Positions 18,098 to 27,971 of a DNA stretch of 64,000 bases are shown here, in pieces. Source of the DNA: Thermoflexia bacterium (GTDB taxonomy: Bacteria > Chloroflexota > Anaerolineae > B4-G1); assembly GCA_011192155.1 (NCBI GenBank), contig DUEK01000004.1, forward strand, positions 1 through 64,000, written 5' to 3'. Made by a program: the position numbers and the translations under genes. Under the pieces are notes generated by a model, which worked only from the letters and a program-made list of their open reading frames with translations, ran no database searches and was not told the DNA's origin. The number at the start of each line of letters is the position of its first letter. Position 1 is the first letter of the stretch.

Positions 18098-20893
18098 CTA
18101 TCCCGGCACGATGACTTTTATCTGCGCGCCCTCGCCAGGGACGCTAGAGATGCGCATCTCCCCGCCCAACAGCGAAGCCCGCTCTTTCATCCCGATGAGG
18201 CCAAAGCCGCCATCGTCGCCGGACGGGTCGGGCAAGTTGGCCGGTAAAAGTCCCCGGCCATCGTCCTGCACCACCAGGCGCACTTGCCCTTCCTCAAAAC
18301 CGAGGTGGACGTGGGCGCTGTGAGCCTGGGCGTGTCGCACTATGTTGCTCAATGCCTCTTGCGTGATGCGGAACAGGTTCAATTCTACGTCGGGAGATAG
18401 GGCGCGCTCCTCGCCAGAGATGGAGAAATGTAGGGCCAGATCATTTTCCTCCCGCTCTTGCATCGCCGCAATATAGTTGGCGACCGCTCCGACCAGCGTC
18501 ACACCCTCTAACGTGCGCGGGCGCAGTCCCCACACCGAGCGCCGCGCTTCTTGCAGGCTGTGACGGGCCAAATCGAGCGCGCGCTGGAGCGCCCTCACAG
18601 CCTGCTCCGGGCGGCGTTTGGCCAGCCGTTCCGTGGCCTCCAGTTGCACGATAATGCCGGTCAGCCCTTGCGCCAGCGAGTCGTGTATCTCGCGCGCCAT
18701 ACGGTTGCGCTCGTCCAGTGTGGCCGCCTGGCGACTGCGGCGGTAGAGACGCGCGTTCTCCACTGCCAAACCCACCTGCCCACCGATGGCCGAGAGCAGA
18801 TTCACCTCGTCGTCGCTAAAGCGCCGGTCGCCCCGCGAGGCCACACCCAGGGTACCCACAACACTCTCTTTGGCCTGTAACGGCACGACGGCAAATGAGC
18901 GCAATCCTTCCTCAAGGCTGGCCGGCAGCGGATGGGGCGAGTCTTGGCTTGTGTCTTCTATCAGCAAGGGCTTGCCTGCCTGCGCCACCCAACCATCCAC
19001 CCCGGCGCCTATCTCCTGCTCCGCCGCCTGGCGGGCAAAGCGGGCGGAAAAGCCCTGGTGTGCGCGCAACCGCAGAGTCGTCTCCCCTTCGGCCATCAGG
19101 TAGACCCAACCGGTGTCGGTCTCCATCACCTGCACGACGGCGTCGAGGGCGTTGTTGAGCACGTCGTCCAGCAGCAGCGATTGGCTGACCGTCAACGCCA
19201 CCTGGTTGAGCGCCCGCAGCGATTGTACCTGTTTCTGTAACTCTTCGTCGGTCAGGCTAAAGAGGGCGGCGTTCTCCAACGCCATAGCGGCGTGGTTGGC
19301 AAAGCTGGAAGCCAGTTCCAATTCGGAAGGGCTGTACTGATATGGTTCCGATTTGTAGAGTAGCAAAACAGCCGGCGGCGCGTGTTTAGTGAGCAGCGGG
19401 ATCGCCAGTATGGAGCGATGCCCCTCCGCGCGAGCGCGCTGGCGAAAGTCGGGGTATAGATAATCGCCCTCGATATCCGATACCTGTACCGGCGTTCGGC
19501 TGTGTAGAGCGCGCATAGAGGGCGAGCTTGGCTCGGAAGGCGCGATGCGCAGACGACTCACGTACTGCTCGGACAATCCTCGGCTGGCCCGGATGCGGAA
19601 CTCTCCGGCCTGCTCGTCCAACGCCACGACCGCGCAACGCTCGACGTTCAGTAGCCGCCGAACCTGGTCGAGAATGTTGTCGATTACGTCGGTCACGTCC
19701 AGCGAGGCGACGACGGTCTGGCTGGTCTCTAGCAAAGTGGATAACTCCACAAATCGCTTTTCGATGCTCTGCGCCATACCGGTGAGAGAGCGGGTCAGGT
19801 GCCCGATCTGATCCTGCCGCCCAGATAGCGGGGCGAGTCGCGTCCCTTCCTCCAGGCGCAGACTGCCCCGGCGCCGGCCCACCAGGCGGCTGAACTCTGC
19901 CAATCGTTCCAGGGGGCGGATGACTTGGCGGGAGAGGACCAGCCAGAAAAGCAGGCCGATGACCAGAAAGACGACAGTGGCGGCCAGCACAGCGCGATGA
20001 AAAGTGCGCAGGGTGGCGAAAGCGGCCGTGGTGGGGCGGCTGACGATGACGCCCCAACCTACGCTAGGCACGGGGACGTAGCTGTACAAGATTTCCTCGT
20101 CGTTTTCGCAGAAACAAATGAGGTTGCCGGAATGACCAGAGAGGGCGGGTTGGATCACCTCCGGCGTGATAGAATCCATTTCGTCTAGCAGAAAAGATGG
20201 ATCAGGATGAGCGATCACGTGGCCCGCTGAATCCACAATCAGCACTCGAAACTGCTCTTCGGCCCGGTATTCGCGAGCGATGGTAGCCAGGATGTCCGAG
20301 AGGCTTTGCAGGCGAATGTCCGTAGCCACGACGCCGATGAACTCGCCCGATGCGCTGCGGACGGCTATGGCCGTGGTCGCCACGGGCTGCCTCGTCGGCG
20401 GGGAGACAAAACCTTTGGAGACGACCGGACGATCGGTGTGAAGAGCAGCCTGGAAGTAATCGCGAAAGTCCGACTTGAGGCCCAGCATTGAGCCGGGGCC
20501 GGTCGGATAATGGTACAACATCACGCCGCCCGGCCCCAGGCGGGAGATCAGGCCAATATCTGAGCGAGCGCGGGTCACGTCGGCAAAGAGCGATTGCATC
20601 TCGTCTCTATCCACCGCGATTACGGCCGGGTGCTGGGCCAGTTGGGCCACGGTGCGGAGGGCGTTGTTCAGCGTGGCGTCTGTCTCCAGGGCAATGGCGC
20701 GCGCCAGGGCCAGATCGGCCGCTTTGACATCTTGCTCCAACCGCGCTTGGGCGAAAGAGTCGAAAACGAGCGCGCCAGCGAGTACTGGAACGACGAGCAG
20801 TAGATACAGCGCGAGCAACTGAAGACCAAGGTCTCGCCGGATGGAGAACTTGACTCTCCTACTCTCTTCCTGGTTGCCAGTTGCGATCTCCAA
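18098..20893 (-). CDS. multidomain sensor histidine kinase (TM, HAMP, multiple GAF, HisKA_3, HATPase_c)
   Basis: 931 aa. HisKA_3 H-box REIHDSLAQGLTGI. GAF-like repeats. Apparent TTG start, so the exact 5' end is uncertain. Confidence 0.8.
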   Translation of the reverse strand: MEIATGNQEESRRVKFSIRRDLGLQLLALYLLLVVPVLAGALVFDSFAQARLEQDVKAADLALARAIALETDATLNNALRTVAQLAQHPAVIAVDRDEMQSLFADVTRARSDIGLISRLGPGGVMLYHYPTGPGSMLGLKSDFRDYFQAALHTDRPVVSKGFVSPPTRQPVATTAIAVRSASGEFIGVVATDIRLQSLSDILATIAREYRAEEQFRVLIVDSAGHVIAHPDPSFLLDEMDSITPEVIQPALSGHSGNLICFCENDEEILYSYVPVPSVGWGVIVSRPTTAAFATLRTFHRAVLAATVVFLVIGLLFWLVLSRQVIRPLERLAEFSRLVGRRRGSLRLEEGTRLAPLSGRQDQIGHLTRSLTGMAQSIEKRFVELSTLLETSQTVVASLDVTDVIDNILDQVRRLLNVERCAVVALDEQAGEFRIRASRGLSEQYVSRLRIAPSEPSSPSMRALHSRTPVQVSDIEGDYLYPDFRQRARAEGHRSILAIPLLTKHAPPAVLLLYKSEPYQYSPSELELASSFANHAAMALENAALFSLTDEELQKQVQSLRALNQVALTVSQSLLLDDVLNNALDAVVQVMETDTGWVYLMAEGETTLRLRAHQGFSARFARQAAEQEIGAGVDGWVAQAGKPLLIEDTSQDSPHPLPASLEEGLRSFAVVPLQAKESVVGTLGVASRGDRRFSDDEVNLLSAIGGQVGLAVENARLYRRSRQAATLDERNRMAREIHDSLAQGLTGIIVQLEATERLAKRRPEQAVRALQRALDLARHSLQEARRSVWGLRPRTLEGVTLVGAVANYIAAMQEREENDLALHFSISGEERALSPDVELNLFRITQEALSNIVRHAQAHSAHVHLGFEEGQVRLVVQDDGRGLLPANLPDPSGDDGGFGLIGMKERASLLGGEMRISSVPGEGAQIKVIVPG

Positions 20894-20921
20894 ATCTCAA
20901 ATCCGTCGATCCTGGATATTT

Positions 20922-22880
20922 TTACGCTGCTTTGACGAGTTGTTCGACCGATATGATGGAACCGTATTTCGCTTTCAACGCTTCGAGACCATCTCTCTGC
21001 TCGGCATAGACCTGGAATAACTTGGCCGGGATGTTCTTTTCTTTCCCGTAAGCCTCTTCCTGGAGGTTAATCCGCGCCAGGATGTTGTCCACGTAGAACG
21101 CGAACTGTTTATTGTATAGTTCCCGTGGGTACTCTTTGCCGATCCCGGCAAAGAGCTCTTTGAGGTCATCGTACTTGGGTATAAACCCGATGGGCGTCTC
21201 AATCGCCTCGACGTCTCCGTGCGCCCGCAGTTCGAGCCAGCCCAGCCATACCTTCACGTCACGCTTCTCACCGAGCAGACCATTTCCCTCTCCGCCGCGA
21301 GCCTTGTGCGTCAGGAAATAGTTCAACCCGGCTATGATGGGTTTTGTCTTTAACTTGTCGGAATTAAAAAAGGTAAACTGGGCGTCCATATAGTCGGCCA
21401 GCGGGCCGGGGATAAAAGGCTCATTAGCCCAGGGCTGCCGCCGGACGCCACTGACCCCTACCTCCGTCTTGGTCGCCGCCGACATGATCGAAGCCCCAAT
21501 GACAACTCCCTGGTCAGGGTTCTTGGCGACCCAGACCGGCGGCATAGTGTCGCTATCCCGCCCGCTGTAGGTGATGACTTTTATCTCTGCCCCGCGCGGA
21601 TCCTCGGCCGCGGCCTGGTTATAGTTGCCGATGAATGTGTTATCCACCGTGCAGCGGGCGTTCGGATTAGAAAGCGGAATAGGCTCACCGTTCTCATTCG
21701 TTTTGCCTTCCCACCATTCGCCCTGAAAGTTGACGCCTTTCTTGGGGTGTTCCTCGCCGTTCCCGACCCAGTGCGGCACTCTGTTTTCGTCAATCAACAC
21801 ATTCGTCCAGATCACTTCCGCGCCTGGTTCGCGCAGCGCTTTGATCAAGTATGGGTCGCTTGCGCGGTTCACGTCCCGCACGATGCCAAAGATGCCCTTC
21901 TCCGGGTTGATAGCCCGCAGCGTCCCATCATCGGCGATCCACAACTGCGCCAGGTCGTCGCCGATGAAATCGGTGCCGACCATAGCCGTCGTGGTTTTCC
22001 CGCATCCCGAAGGCGCAGCTCCGGCGCAAAATGTCTTTCTCCCGCCGAGGCCGGTCAGACCGGTGATGAACATATGCTCCGAGAGCTTGTCTTCCTTTTG
22101 ATAATAGGTCGCCAGGTCAACCGCAAAACGATGGTTCCCCTTTTTCAACAGCAGTGTGTTGCCGGCGTAGGTGCAGAACATTGAGAAGGTCGTCAGCCAA
22201 CTCCGGTCCATAAACACGCGGGCGTTCGGTAGGTCCTCCGGCCTATTTGGCCCTTCACTGTGGACGTTGGTCAAGAACAGCCCCGCCCGTTCCGCCTCTT
22301 TGTCGAATTGGTCATAGACATTCCTGTACAGGATGTTGGCCGAGTGCATAACGTAGGTCGAGGTGGTGATCTCTAGCGCAGGGAGCGCAGCCGGAGCGCC
22401 GATAGGGCCACGGCTAAAGAATCCGATCAGCAAGGTCATCCCCTTGGCGATGCCGGTCATGTAGGTTTTGACGTACTCGTATGCTTCATCCCGAAGGATG
22501 CTCTTTGCCAAAGTGCTGGTCTCTTCGCCCTCGTTTACGATGTAGGACGTTCTATCAACGATGCGCGCCTGTTCCTGGCAAAGGTCAAAGTGGATCGTGT
22601 GATTCTTCATCGCCAGAGGCTTTTCCTCGCCTTTTTCGAGGCTCATTTCCCGGACTCGCTGAACGTCCGCCGTCGATCCGGTGTTCACGAAAACTGCATC
22701 AGGGCTGGTCATAGAAATGGCGTTGGCGATTTTCAGCAACGCTTTCTCGTTGGCGATCTGGCTCAGTTTGGCAACAGTTTCTTGATCGCACCTGGCCTCG
22801 AATAGAGCTTGTGCCTCGTCCAGGGTGTTGATCCCGCCGATCTCGGCCAGGATATCAATGCCTTTGTGCAGTTCTAGCAT
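20922..22880 (-). CDS. pckG: phosphoenolpyruvate carboxykinase (GTP)
   Basis: 652 aa. Kinase-1a/P-loop region CAGAAPSGCGKTTTAM and PEPCK-GTP family length and motifs. RBS AAGGAG. Confidence 0.9.
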   Translation of the reverse strand: MLELHKGIDILAEIGGINTLDEAQALFEARCDQETVAKLSQIANEKALLKIANAISMTSPDAVFVNTGSTADVQRVREMSLEKGEEKPLAMKNHTIHFDLCQEQARIVDRTSYIVNEGEETSTLAKSILRDEAYEYVKTYMTGIAKGMTLLIGFFSRGPIGAPAALPALEITTSTYVMHSANILYRNVYDQFDKEAERAGLFLTNVHSEGPNRPEDLPNARVFMDRSWLTTFSMFCTYAGNTLLLKKGNHRFAVDLATYYQKEDKLSEHMFITGLTGLGGRKTFCAGAAPSGCGKTTTAMVGTDFIGDDLAQLWIADDGTLRAINPEKGIFGIVRDVNRASDPYLIKALREPGAEVIWTNVLIDENRVPHWVGNGEEHPKKGVNFQGEWWEGKTNENGEPIPLSNPNARCTVDNTFIGNYNQAAAEDPRGAEIKVITYSGRDSDTMPPVWVAKNPDQGVVIGASIMSAATKTEVGVSGVRRQPWANEPFIPGPLADYMDAQFTFFNSDKLKTKPIIAGLNYFLTHKARGGEGNGLLGEKRDVKVWLGWLELRAHGDVEAIETPIGFIPKYDDLKELFAGIGKEYPRELYNKQFAFYVDNILARINLQEEAYGKEKNIPAKLFQVYAEQRDGLEALKAKYGSIISVEQLVKAA

Positions 22881-22925
22881 ACCTTTTTCTCCTTTGTCTA
22901 TACATTATCAGAAAAACCGGTTTAT

Positions 22926-23345
22926 CTACTGCCCCACAGGGAATTGGACAAATCCTACGACGGAAAAGTGATGGTCGAAGGCGAACGCCTCCGTGAGTTC
23001 CCGTTGCTGCATCAGAGCGAAACTCACTGCGTCGGTATAGCTGAAATCCTGATCGTCGTAGCGGCGCAAAATATCGCGTGCCTGGGCTTCCAGCTTTTGG
23101 TCCGACCAGATACAATGAACAGAAGATGACTGTTCAATGATGTCCAGAAAGGAGATTGCCTTGTGATGCCCCAACTTCCAGACAAGGTTAGTGTACGTTT
23201 CGGAAACGATAAGGTTAGATATCAAGAGACGCCTTTTCTGGGCCAAGACGTCGCCGTAAAATTCTTTGGCGGAGAGATGGTACTTGTCTCTAGGATTAAT
23301 GATCGCAATCCAGGCCGATGTGTCTACAAATATCGGCTCATTCAT
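22926..23345 (-). CDS. vapC: PIN-domain toxin VapC
   Basis: IFVDTSAWIAIINPRD...SETYTNL...D PIN signature. 8-bp overlap with the upstream antitoxin gene. Confidence 0.8.
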   Translation of the reverse strand: MNEPIFVDTSAWIAIINPRDKYHLSAKEFYGDVLAQKRRLLISNLIVSETYTNLVWKLGHHKAISFLDIIEQSSSVHCIWSDQKLEAQARDILRRYDDQDFSYTDAVSFALMQQRELTEAFAFDHHFSVVGFVQFPVGQ

Positions 23346-23601
23346 TTTGACATTCTTCTACCAGATAGCGGTCATGGTTGACAGACCAATCTGTTGGGGT
23401 ATCTGCGTCTCCCCCGGCCAGCCCGATGAGCTGCCAGGCCGGGTCCTCCTCCACGGGCACGACCTCTCGCGCCAGGGATTCCAGCCCGCGCCGCAGCGCT
23501 TCTGCTTTTGAAACATTCAGCTTTTTCACCAACGTATCCAGGATGTTCTGATGTCTCGACCCCAGGTAAACCTGCACCGGTTTCTTTTCTAGTACGGCCA
23601 T
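23338..23601 (-). CDS. vapB: RHH/CopG-type antitoxin (VapB-like)
   Basis: 87-aa protein immediately upstream of and overlapping the PIN gene. N-terminal beta-strand plus helices (VQVYLGSRHQNILDTLVKKLNVSKAEALRRGLE). Confidence 0.65.
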   Translation of the reverse strand: MAVLEKKPVQVYLGSRHQNILDTLVKKLNVSKAEALRRGLESLAREVVPVEEDPAWQLIGLAGGDADTPTDWSVNHDRYLVEECQNE

Positions 23602-23714
23602 CGCCCTCTCCTTGCATTTAACAAAATGAATGTATCACGATGCATTAACTATACTACATTCAAATCCACCTGTCAAATCCAAACCGGCGTACTGGGGCGT
23701 GGAGGACAAGGCGA

Positions 23715-25103
23715 CTAGACGAAAATCTTGCCCGGATTCAGGATATTGTTCGGATCCCACGCCTGCTTGATCCGCTTTTGCATCTCAACCGCCACCGGCC
23801 CCAGCGCCATCTCCAAGTAGGGCCGCTTGAGCACGCCCACGCCGTGCTCGCCGGAGAGGGAACCGCCCAACTCGACCGCCACGCGGAACAAGTCGCCCAC
23901 CGCGCCCTCCACCCGCTCGTACTCCTCCGGATCGCGCTTGTCGAAGAGGATATTGGGGTGCAGATTGCCGTCCCCGGCGTGACCAAAGATGACGATGGGC
24001 AGGTTCCAGCGGGCCGAGATCTCTTTGATGCGGGTGATCAGCCTCGGGATGACGCTGTGAGGCACGGTGATGTCTTCGCCCAGCTTGTTGGGCCGGATGC
24101 GTCCCAGCGAGCCGGAGATGGAATGGCGAGCGTGCCACATCTCTGCGCTTTCCTCCGGCGTGGCCGCCACGCGCACATCGCGGGCGCCGTTCTGGCGGCA
24201 CACCTCGGCCACGATCTCTATGCCGCGCACGGCCTCTGCTTCGTCACCGTCGGTCTGGATGACCAGGATGGCCTCGACGTCCAGGGGCAGTCCCAAGTGC
24301 AGATAATCCTCCACGCTCTTGATGGACGTCTCATCCATGATTTCCAACATGGACGGCTTGGCTCCACTGGACAATACGGCGTTGATCGCTTTACCGGCGT
24401 CGGCCAGTTTAGGAAAGATTGCCTCGGCAGTACGCTCTGTCTCCGGCGGCGTGATAAAGCGCACCGTCACCTCGGTGATGATAGCCAGCGTGCCCTCGGA
24501 ACCGATCAGTAAATGCACCAAGTCGTAACCGGTGACGTTCTTGGTCGCCTTGCCGCCCACGCGCATGATGCGTCCATCGGCCAGCACCACTTCCAGGGCC
24601 ACGACATAGTGGCCGGTGATGCCGTATTTCAGGCAATGCGCGCCCCCGGCGTTGCAGGCGGCGTTGCCGCCCAGAGTGGAGTAATGGTCGCTGGAAGGAT
24701 CGGGCGGATAAAAGTACCCCTTACGGGCCAGTGCGTCCGCCAACTCCGACGTGATGATTCCCGCTTCCGCCGTGGCCATCATATTGTCGAGATCAATATC
24801 CAACAAACGATCCATGCGGGTCAGGGGCAAGACGATCCCCCCGCCGAAGGGAATCGATCCGGCCGACAGGCCAGTGCCCATCCCCCGAGGCACAATCGGA
24901 ATCAGCTCTCGATTGGCCACCTCGAGCACCTTCGAGACCTCCTGTGTGCTGCCTGGCAGAACGACCAGATTGGGCCGGGCGGATGTGAATGTAGAATCGT
25001 AAGAATAAGCCACCAAGTCCTCCGGCGAATTCAGCACGTATTGTTCGCCGACGATGGCCTCTAGTTCGTCAATCACTGCTGGCGACAGTTTGTTCTCAGT
25101 CAT
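23715..25103 (-). CDS. glcD: FAD-linked oxidase (GlcD/D-lactate dehydrogenase family)
   Basis: FAD-binding PCMH domain (VVLPGSTQEVSKVLEVAN...PRGMGTGLSAG) and C-terminal FAD-oxidase domain. Confidence 0.8.
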   Translation of the reverse strand: MTENKLSPAVIDELEAIVGEQYVLNSPEDLVAYSYDSTFTSARPNLVVLPGSTQEVSKVLEVANRELIPIVPRGMGTGLSAGSIPFGGGIVLPLTRMDRLLDIDLDNMMATAEAGIITSELADALARKGYFYPPDPSSDHYSTLGGNAACNAGGAHCLKYGITGHYVVALEVVLADGRIMRVGGKATKNVTGYDLVHLLIGSEGTLAIITEVTVRFITPPETERTAEAIFPKLADAGKAINAVLSSGAKPSMLEIMDETSIKSVEDYLHLGLPLDVEAILVIQTDGDEAEAVRGIEIVAEVCRQNGARDVRVAATPEESAEMWHARHSISGSLGRIRPNKLGEDITVPHSVIPRLITRIKEISARWNLPIVIFGHAGDGNLHPNILFDKRDPEEYERVEGAVGDLFRVAVELGGSLSGEHGVGVLKRPYLEMALGPVAVEMQKRIKQAWDPNNILNPGKIFV

Positions 25104-26292
25104 CGGACGGGTCCTCCAATTGTCTCAAGACCACCTCGGAGAGGTCAGTCACGCGGATGCGGATTTTCTCGCGGCGGGTAGCGCCGGATAGGGTGCGTTT
25201 GCACTGCTGGCAGGAGACGACGGTGTACTTGGCCCCGGCGTCCCGCGCCTGCTCCAACCTCCGACGAGGCAGCGATTGGGCCAACTCTCGATTGTAGGTC
25301 TCCAGATTGCCGCCGCCCCCGCAACAAAGCGAGTTCGCGTGATGGTCGGCCATCTCCACCAGTTCCAGATCGGGGATGGCTCGCAGCACGTCGCGCGGAG
25401 CCTCAAAGATGCCGCCCTTGCGGCCCAGGTCGCAGGAATCGTGATAGGTGACGGTGACTGGCCAGGGTTTCAAGTGCAGCCGTCCCGCGCGAGCCAGTTC
25501 GGCCAGCATCTCCGTCTCGTGCAGCACCTCCAGGCCATCCAGCGCGTCCTCGTCGAGCAGCTCCGGGTAAGTGTGCTTCCACATATGGTGGCAAGAGGGA
25601 CATGACATCACCACGCGGCTCGCGCCGGTGGCTCGCACTGCTTCGATGTTGCGCCGCGCCATCTCCACGGCCCGTTCGACCTCCCCGTTCAGATAGAGAG
25701 GATAGCCGCAGCAGCGCTCCTCGCCGCCCATCAGACCATAGTTCACGCCGGCCCGCTCAAAGATTTGGACCAGCGATTGGGGGATGCTGTAACTGGCCGG
25801 GAACAGCGACGATACGCAGCCCACAAAGTAAGCGACCTCGGCTTGTCCGCCGTGATCGAGGCCGGCGGGCGGCGACTCCAGGTTGGAGGTCCAGCCCAAT
25901 CGCTGTTCGTTTGCCTCGCCGGAAATGTTGCCGGCGGCGACGATGGTCTCGTCCAGCCGTTGCAGCGAGCCGGGCAGCAGGCCGCTGCGGGCCATGTCGG
26001 CGCGCACCTGAGTCAGGATCACGTCCAACTGGACGCCGCTGGGGCAGGCCTCGCGGCAGGCTTCACACATCAGACAGTTGTAGAACTTGTTGGCATAGAC
26101 CTCGCCGGTCGAAAGTTCGTTTTCTCCAACGGCGCGGTAGAGGGCCACCCGCCCTCGCGGCGACAGCGTCTCGATGCGCGTCTCACGGTAGACCGGGCAG
26201 ACCGCGAGGCATTTGCCGCAGCGGATACATTGGAGATATAGTTCTTCGGCGATCTCGCCGACGGTGCGTGTTTCTGTGTTGTCAGTTGTCAT
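25096..26292 (-). CDS. glcF: iron-sulfur subunit (GlcF/LutA-like; 2x[4Fe-4S] + two CCG domains)
   Basis: CIRCGKCLAVCP and CLMCEACREACP ferredoxin motifs, then Cys-rich CCG repeats. 8-bp overlap with glcD-like gene. Confidence 0.75.
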   Translation of the reverse strand: MTTDNTETRTVGEIAEELYLQCIRCGKCLAVCPVYRETRIETLSPRGRVALYRAVGENELSTGEVYANKFYNCLMCEACREACPSGVQLDVILTQVRADMARSGLLPGSLQRLDETIVAAGNISGEANEQRLGWTSNLESPPAGLDHGGQAEVAYFVGCVSSLFPASYSIPQSLVQIFERAGVNYGLMGGEERCCGYPLYLNGEVERAVEMARRNIEAVRATGASRVVMSCPSCHHMWKHTYPELLDEDALDGLEVLHETEMLAELARAGRLHLKPWPVTVTYHDSCDLGRKGGIFEAPRDVLRAIPDLELVEMADHHANSLCCGGGGNLETYNRELAQSLPRRRLEQARDAGAKYTVVSCQQCKRTLSGATRREKIRIRVTDLSEVVLRQLEDPSDD

Positions 26293-26317
26293 CTAGCACT
26301 CCAAATTTTGTGATTTT

Positions 26318-27616
26318 TTATCTGTTTGCATCGGAAACCACCGGCAGCGTCAACAGCGCGTGGGGCACGACGAGCACGTCCAGCGCGTTCCCCAATTCGC
26401 AGGCCGCCAATGCCAGCGCCTCCTTCATCGTCGCGGCGGGCGTCATCTTGCAATCCCGCACCACGTCCGGCGTCTCGCTGCCCACGATGACGACGCGGGC
26501 TTTTTCTAATACCTTGGCCATCACAAAGGCTCGCTGCTGGCCCGGCGGGTAGCCGTGCTTGCGGGCGTCGTCCAGGATAAATTGCACGTCGGGCGCGTCC
26601 CGCATCGCGGCCAGAAAGCGCCGCTCCCCCACGCCGTCGCCAGCCCCTTCCTCGCAGCGGGCCGGGATGATGAGAAACCCGCCCGGCTTGACCACCGGTG
26701 TCGGCGCGAAAAATAGATAGGATGCGGCGCGGCTGGCCTGGTAGAGGTTAGCGTCCTTGGGAAAGCCGGCCCCGCCGATGGCGACATCGTACTGGTGGGG
26801 GATGGGAACCTCGTAGATGGAGCGGGCGAACTCGACCAACTGGGCGTGGGTCTCCTCCATCTCCCCGGCCTTGACGCACACGACGCGCTTTTCGTCGTCC
26901 AGCACCACGTTGATGATAAAGCGCAGGTTGGCGCGGCGGGCGGCCTCGGTGACGGCGTCGTGGAAGGGGTTGCCCTCGATGCGGCCCAGCCGGGTGCGGG
27001 GATCGTCTATAAAGGCCGGGCCGTGAGTGTGCGCGATGAGCGCTTCGCCCGCCGCCCCCACCGCCAACGTCTTCCGCCCGCCAGAGTACCCGGCGTATTG
27101 GTGAGGTTCGACGATCCCGGTGGCGATCAGCAAGTCCGCCTCCACCGCCGCACGGTGAGCGGAGACCGGCGTCCCGCCGGGCGTCACGCCCAGGTCGACC
27201 AGCGCCTTGGGGTTCTGCGGCTCGTTGTCGATCACACGGTAGCGATCTACCACAGACTGACCCAGCTTGGCGACCTTTTCCTCGTCCGTCGAAGGGCGGT
27301 GCATACCGATGCCGCACAGCAGGGTGATGTCCTCGTCGCGGACGCCGGCCGCCTCCAGTTCCCGCAACAGCGCGGGGACGAGGAGTTGGTCGGGGCTGGC
27401 GCGGGTGATGTCGGTAAAGACGATGCAGACGCGGTCGCCAGATTTTGCCATCTCCCGCAGCGGCGGCGAGCCGATGGGATGGGTCAACGCTTCGGCGATG
27501 GCAGCTTTCACATCGCTCAACGGCTCAACTTGTTTGGAGGCGACCACCGTGCCGCGCATACCCGGCGGTAGGTCAAATTCAAGCGTTGATTTACTGTACG
27601 GAACGTGATATTTCAT
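26318..27616 (-). CDS. larA: LarA-family (nickel-pincer-dependent lactate racemase-like) protein
   Basis: 432 aa with DUF2088/LarA N-terminal domain architecture. First gene of an operon with the glcF/glcD-like genes. RBS AAAGGAG. Confidence 0.65.
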   Translation of the reverse strand: MKYHVPYSKSTLEFDLPPGMRGTVVASKQVEPLSDVKAAIAEALTHPIGSPPLREMAKSGDRVCIVFTDITRASPDQLLVPALLRELEAAGVRDEDITLLCGIGMHRPSTDEEKVAKLGQSVVDRYRVIDNEPQNPKALVDLGVTPGGTPVSAHRAAVEADLLIATGIVEPHQYAGYSGGRKTLAVGAAGEALIAHTHGPAFIDDPRTRLGRIEGNPFHDAVTEAARRANLRFIINVVLDDEKRVVCVKAGEMEETHAQLVEFARSIYEVPIPHQYDVAIGGAGFPKDANLYQASRAASYLFFAPTPVVKPGGFLIIPARCEEGAGDGVGERRFLAAMRDAPDVQFILDDARKHGYPPGQQRAFVMAKVLEKARVVIVGSETPDVVRDCKMTPAATMKEALALAACELGNALDVLVVPHALLTLPVVSDANR

Positions 27617-27636
27617 ACAGACTCCTTTCTTATTAC

Positions 27637-27650
27637 CCCACCAATGATGT
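27637..27650. promoter_or_regulatory. 14-bp palindrome TGATGTAAACATCA immediately upstream of the larA RBS (operator candidate)
   Basis: Perfect inverted repeat of GntR/FadR-like shape (GT-N-AC core), 20-34 nt upstream of the larA ATG. Confidence 0.3.
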
Positions 27651-27971
27651 AAACATCACCTAGCGTGGGTGTTACTGTAGCACAGACCTTCTAACGAGGC
27701 AAGTGCATATCATCACCCGCGACGGTGTATAACATCACAACGATAGTGCTGCCAAAAATTCGCGAATGTGAGCGAAACTGAAGCACTTGAACAAATCGCA
27801 CAAAACGTGGTAACCTCAAGCATCGGGAGGTGTAATCGTTCAGATGCCTCCCCTTTTTCTAACCGCAGAGGGCGCTGAGATGATCAAAAAGAAAGAACTC
27901 GACATGCTCTGCGGTAAAACGGGCACCTGAACGGTTACGCGGAATTCGCTTGTCATTATCAAATCTCTGAA

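Noticed and set aside
20880-20905. GATTTGAGATTTGGAGAT motif shared with 3283..3300 as a possible common 5' regulatory element
   Set aside because: The two copies are in opposite orientations relative to their genes and sit in low-complexity sequence. This is more likely simple-sequence coincidence.
27879-27929. 16-codon mini-ORF (MIKKKELDMLCGKTGT) inside a hairpin in the larA upstream region
   Set aside because: Too short and unsupported. Probably coincidental within a stem-loop.
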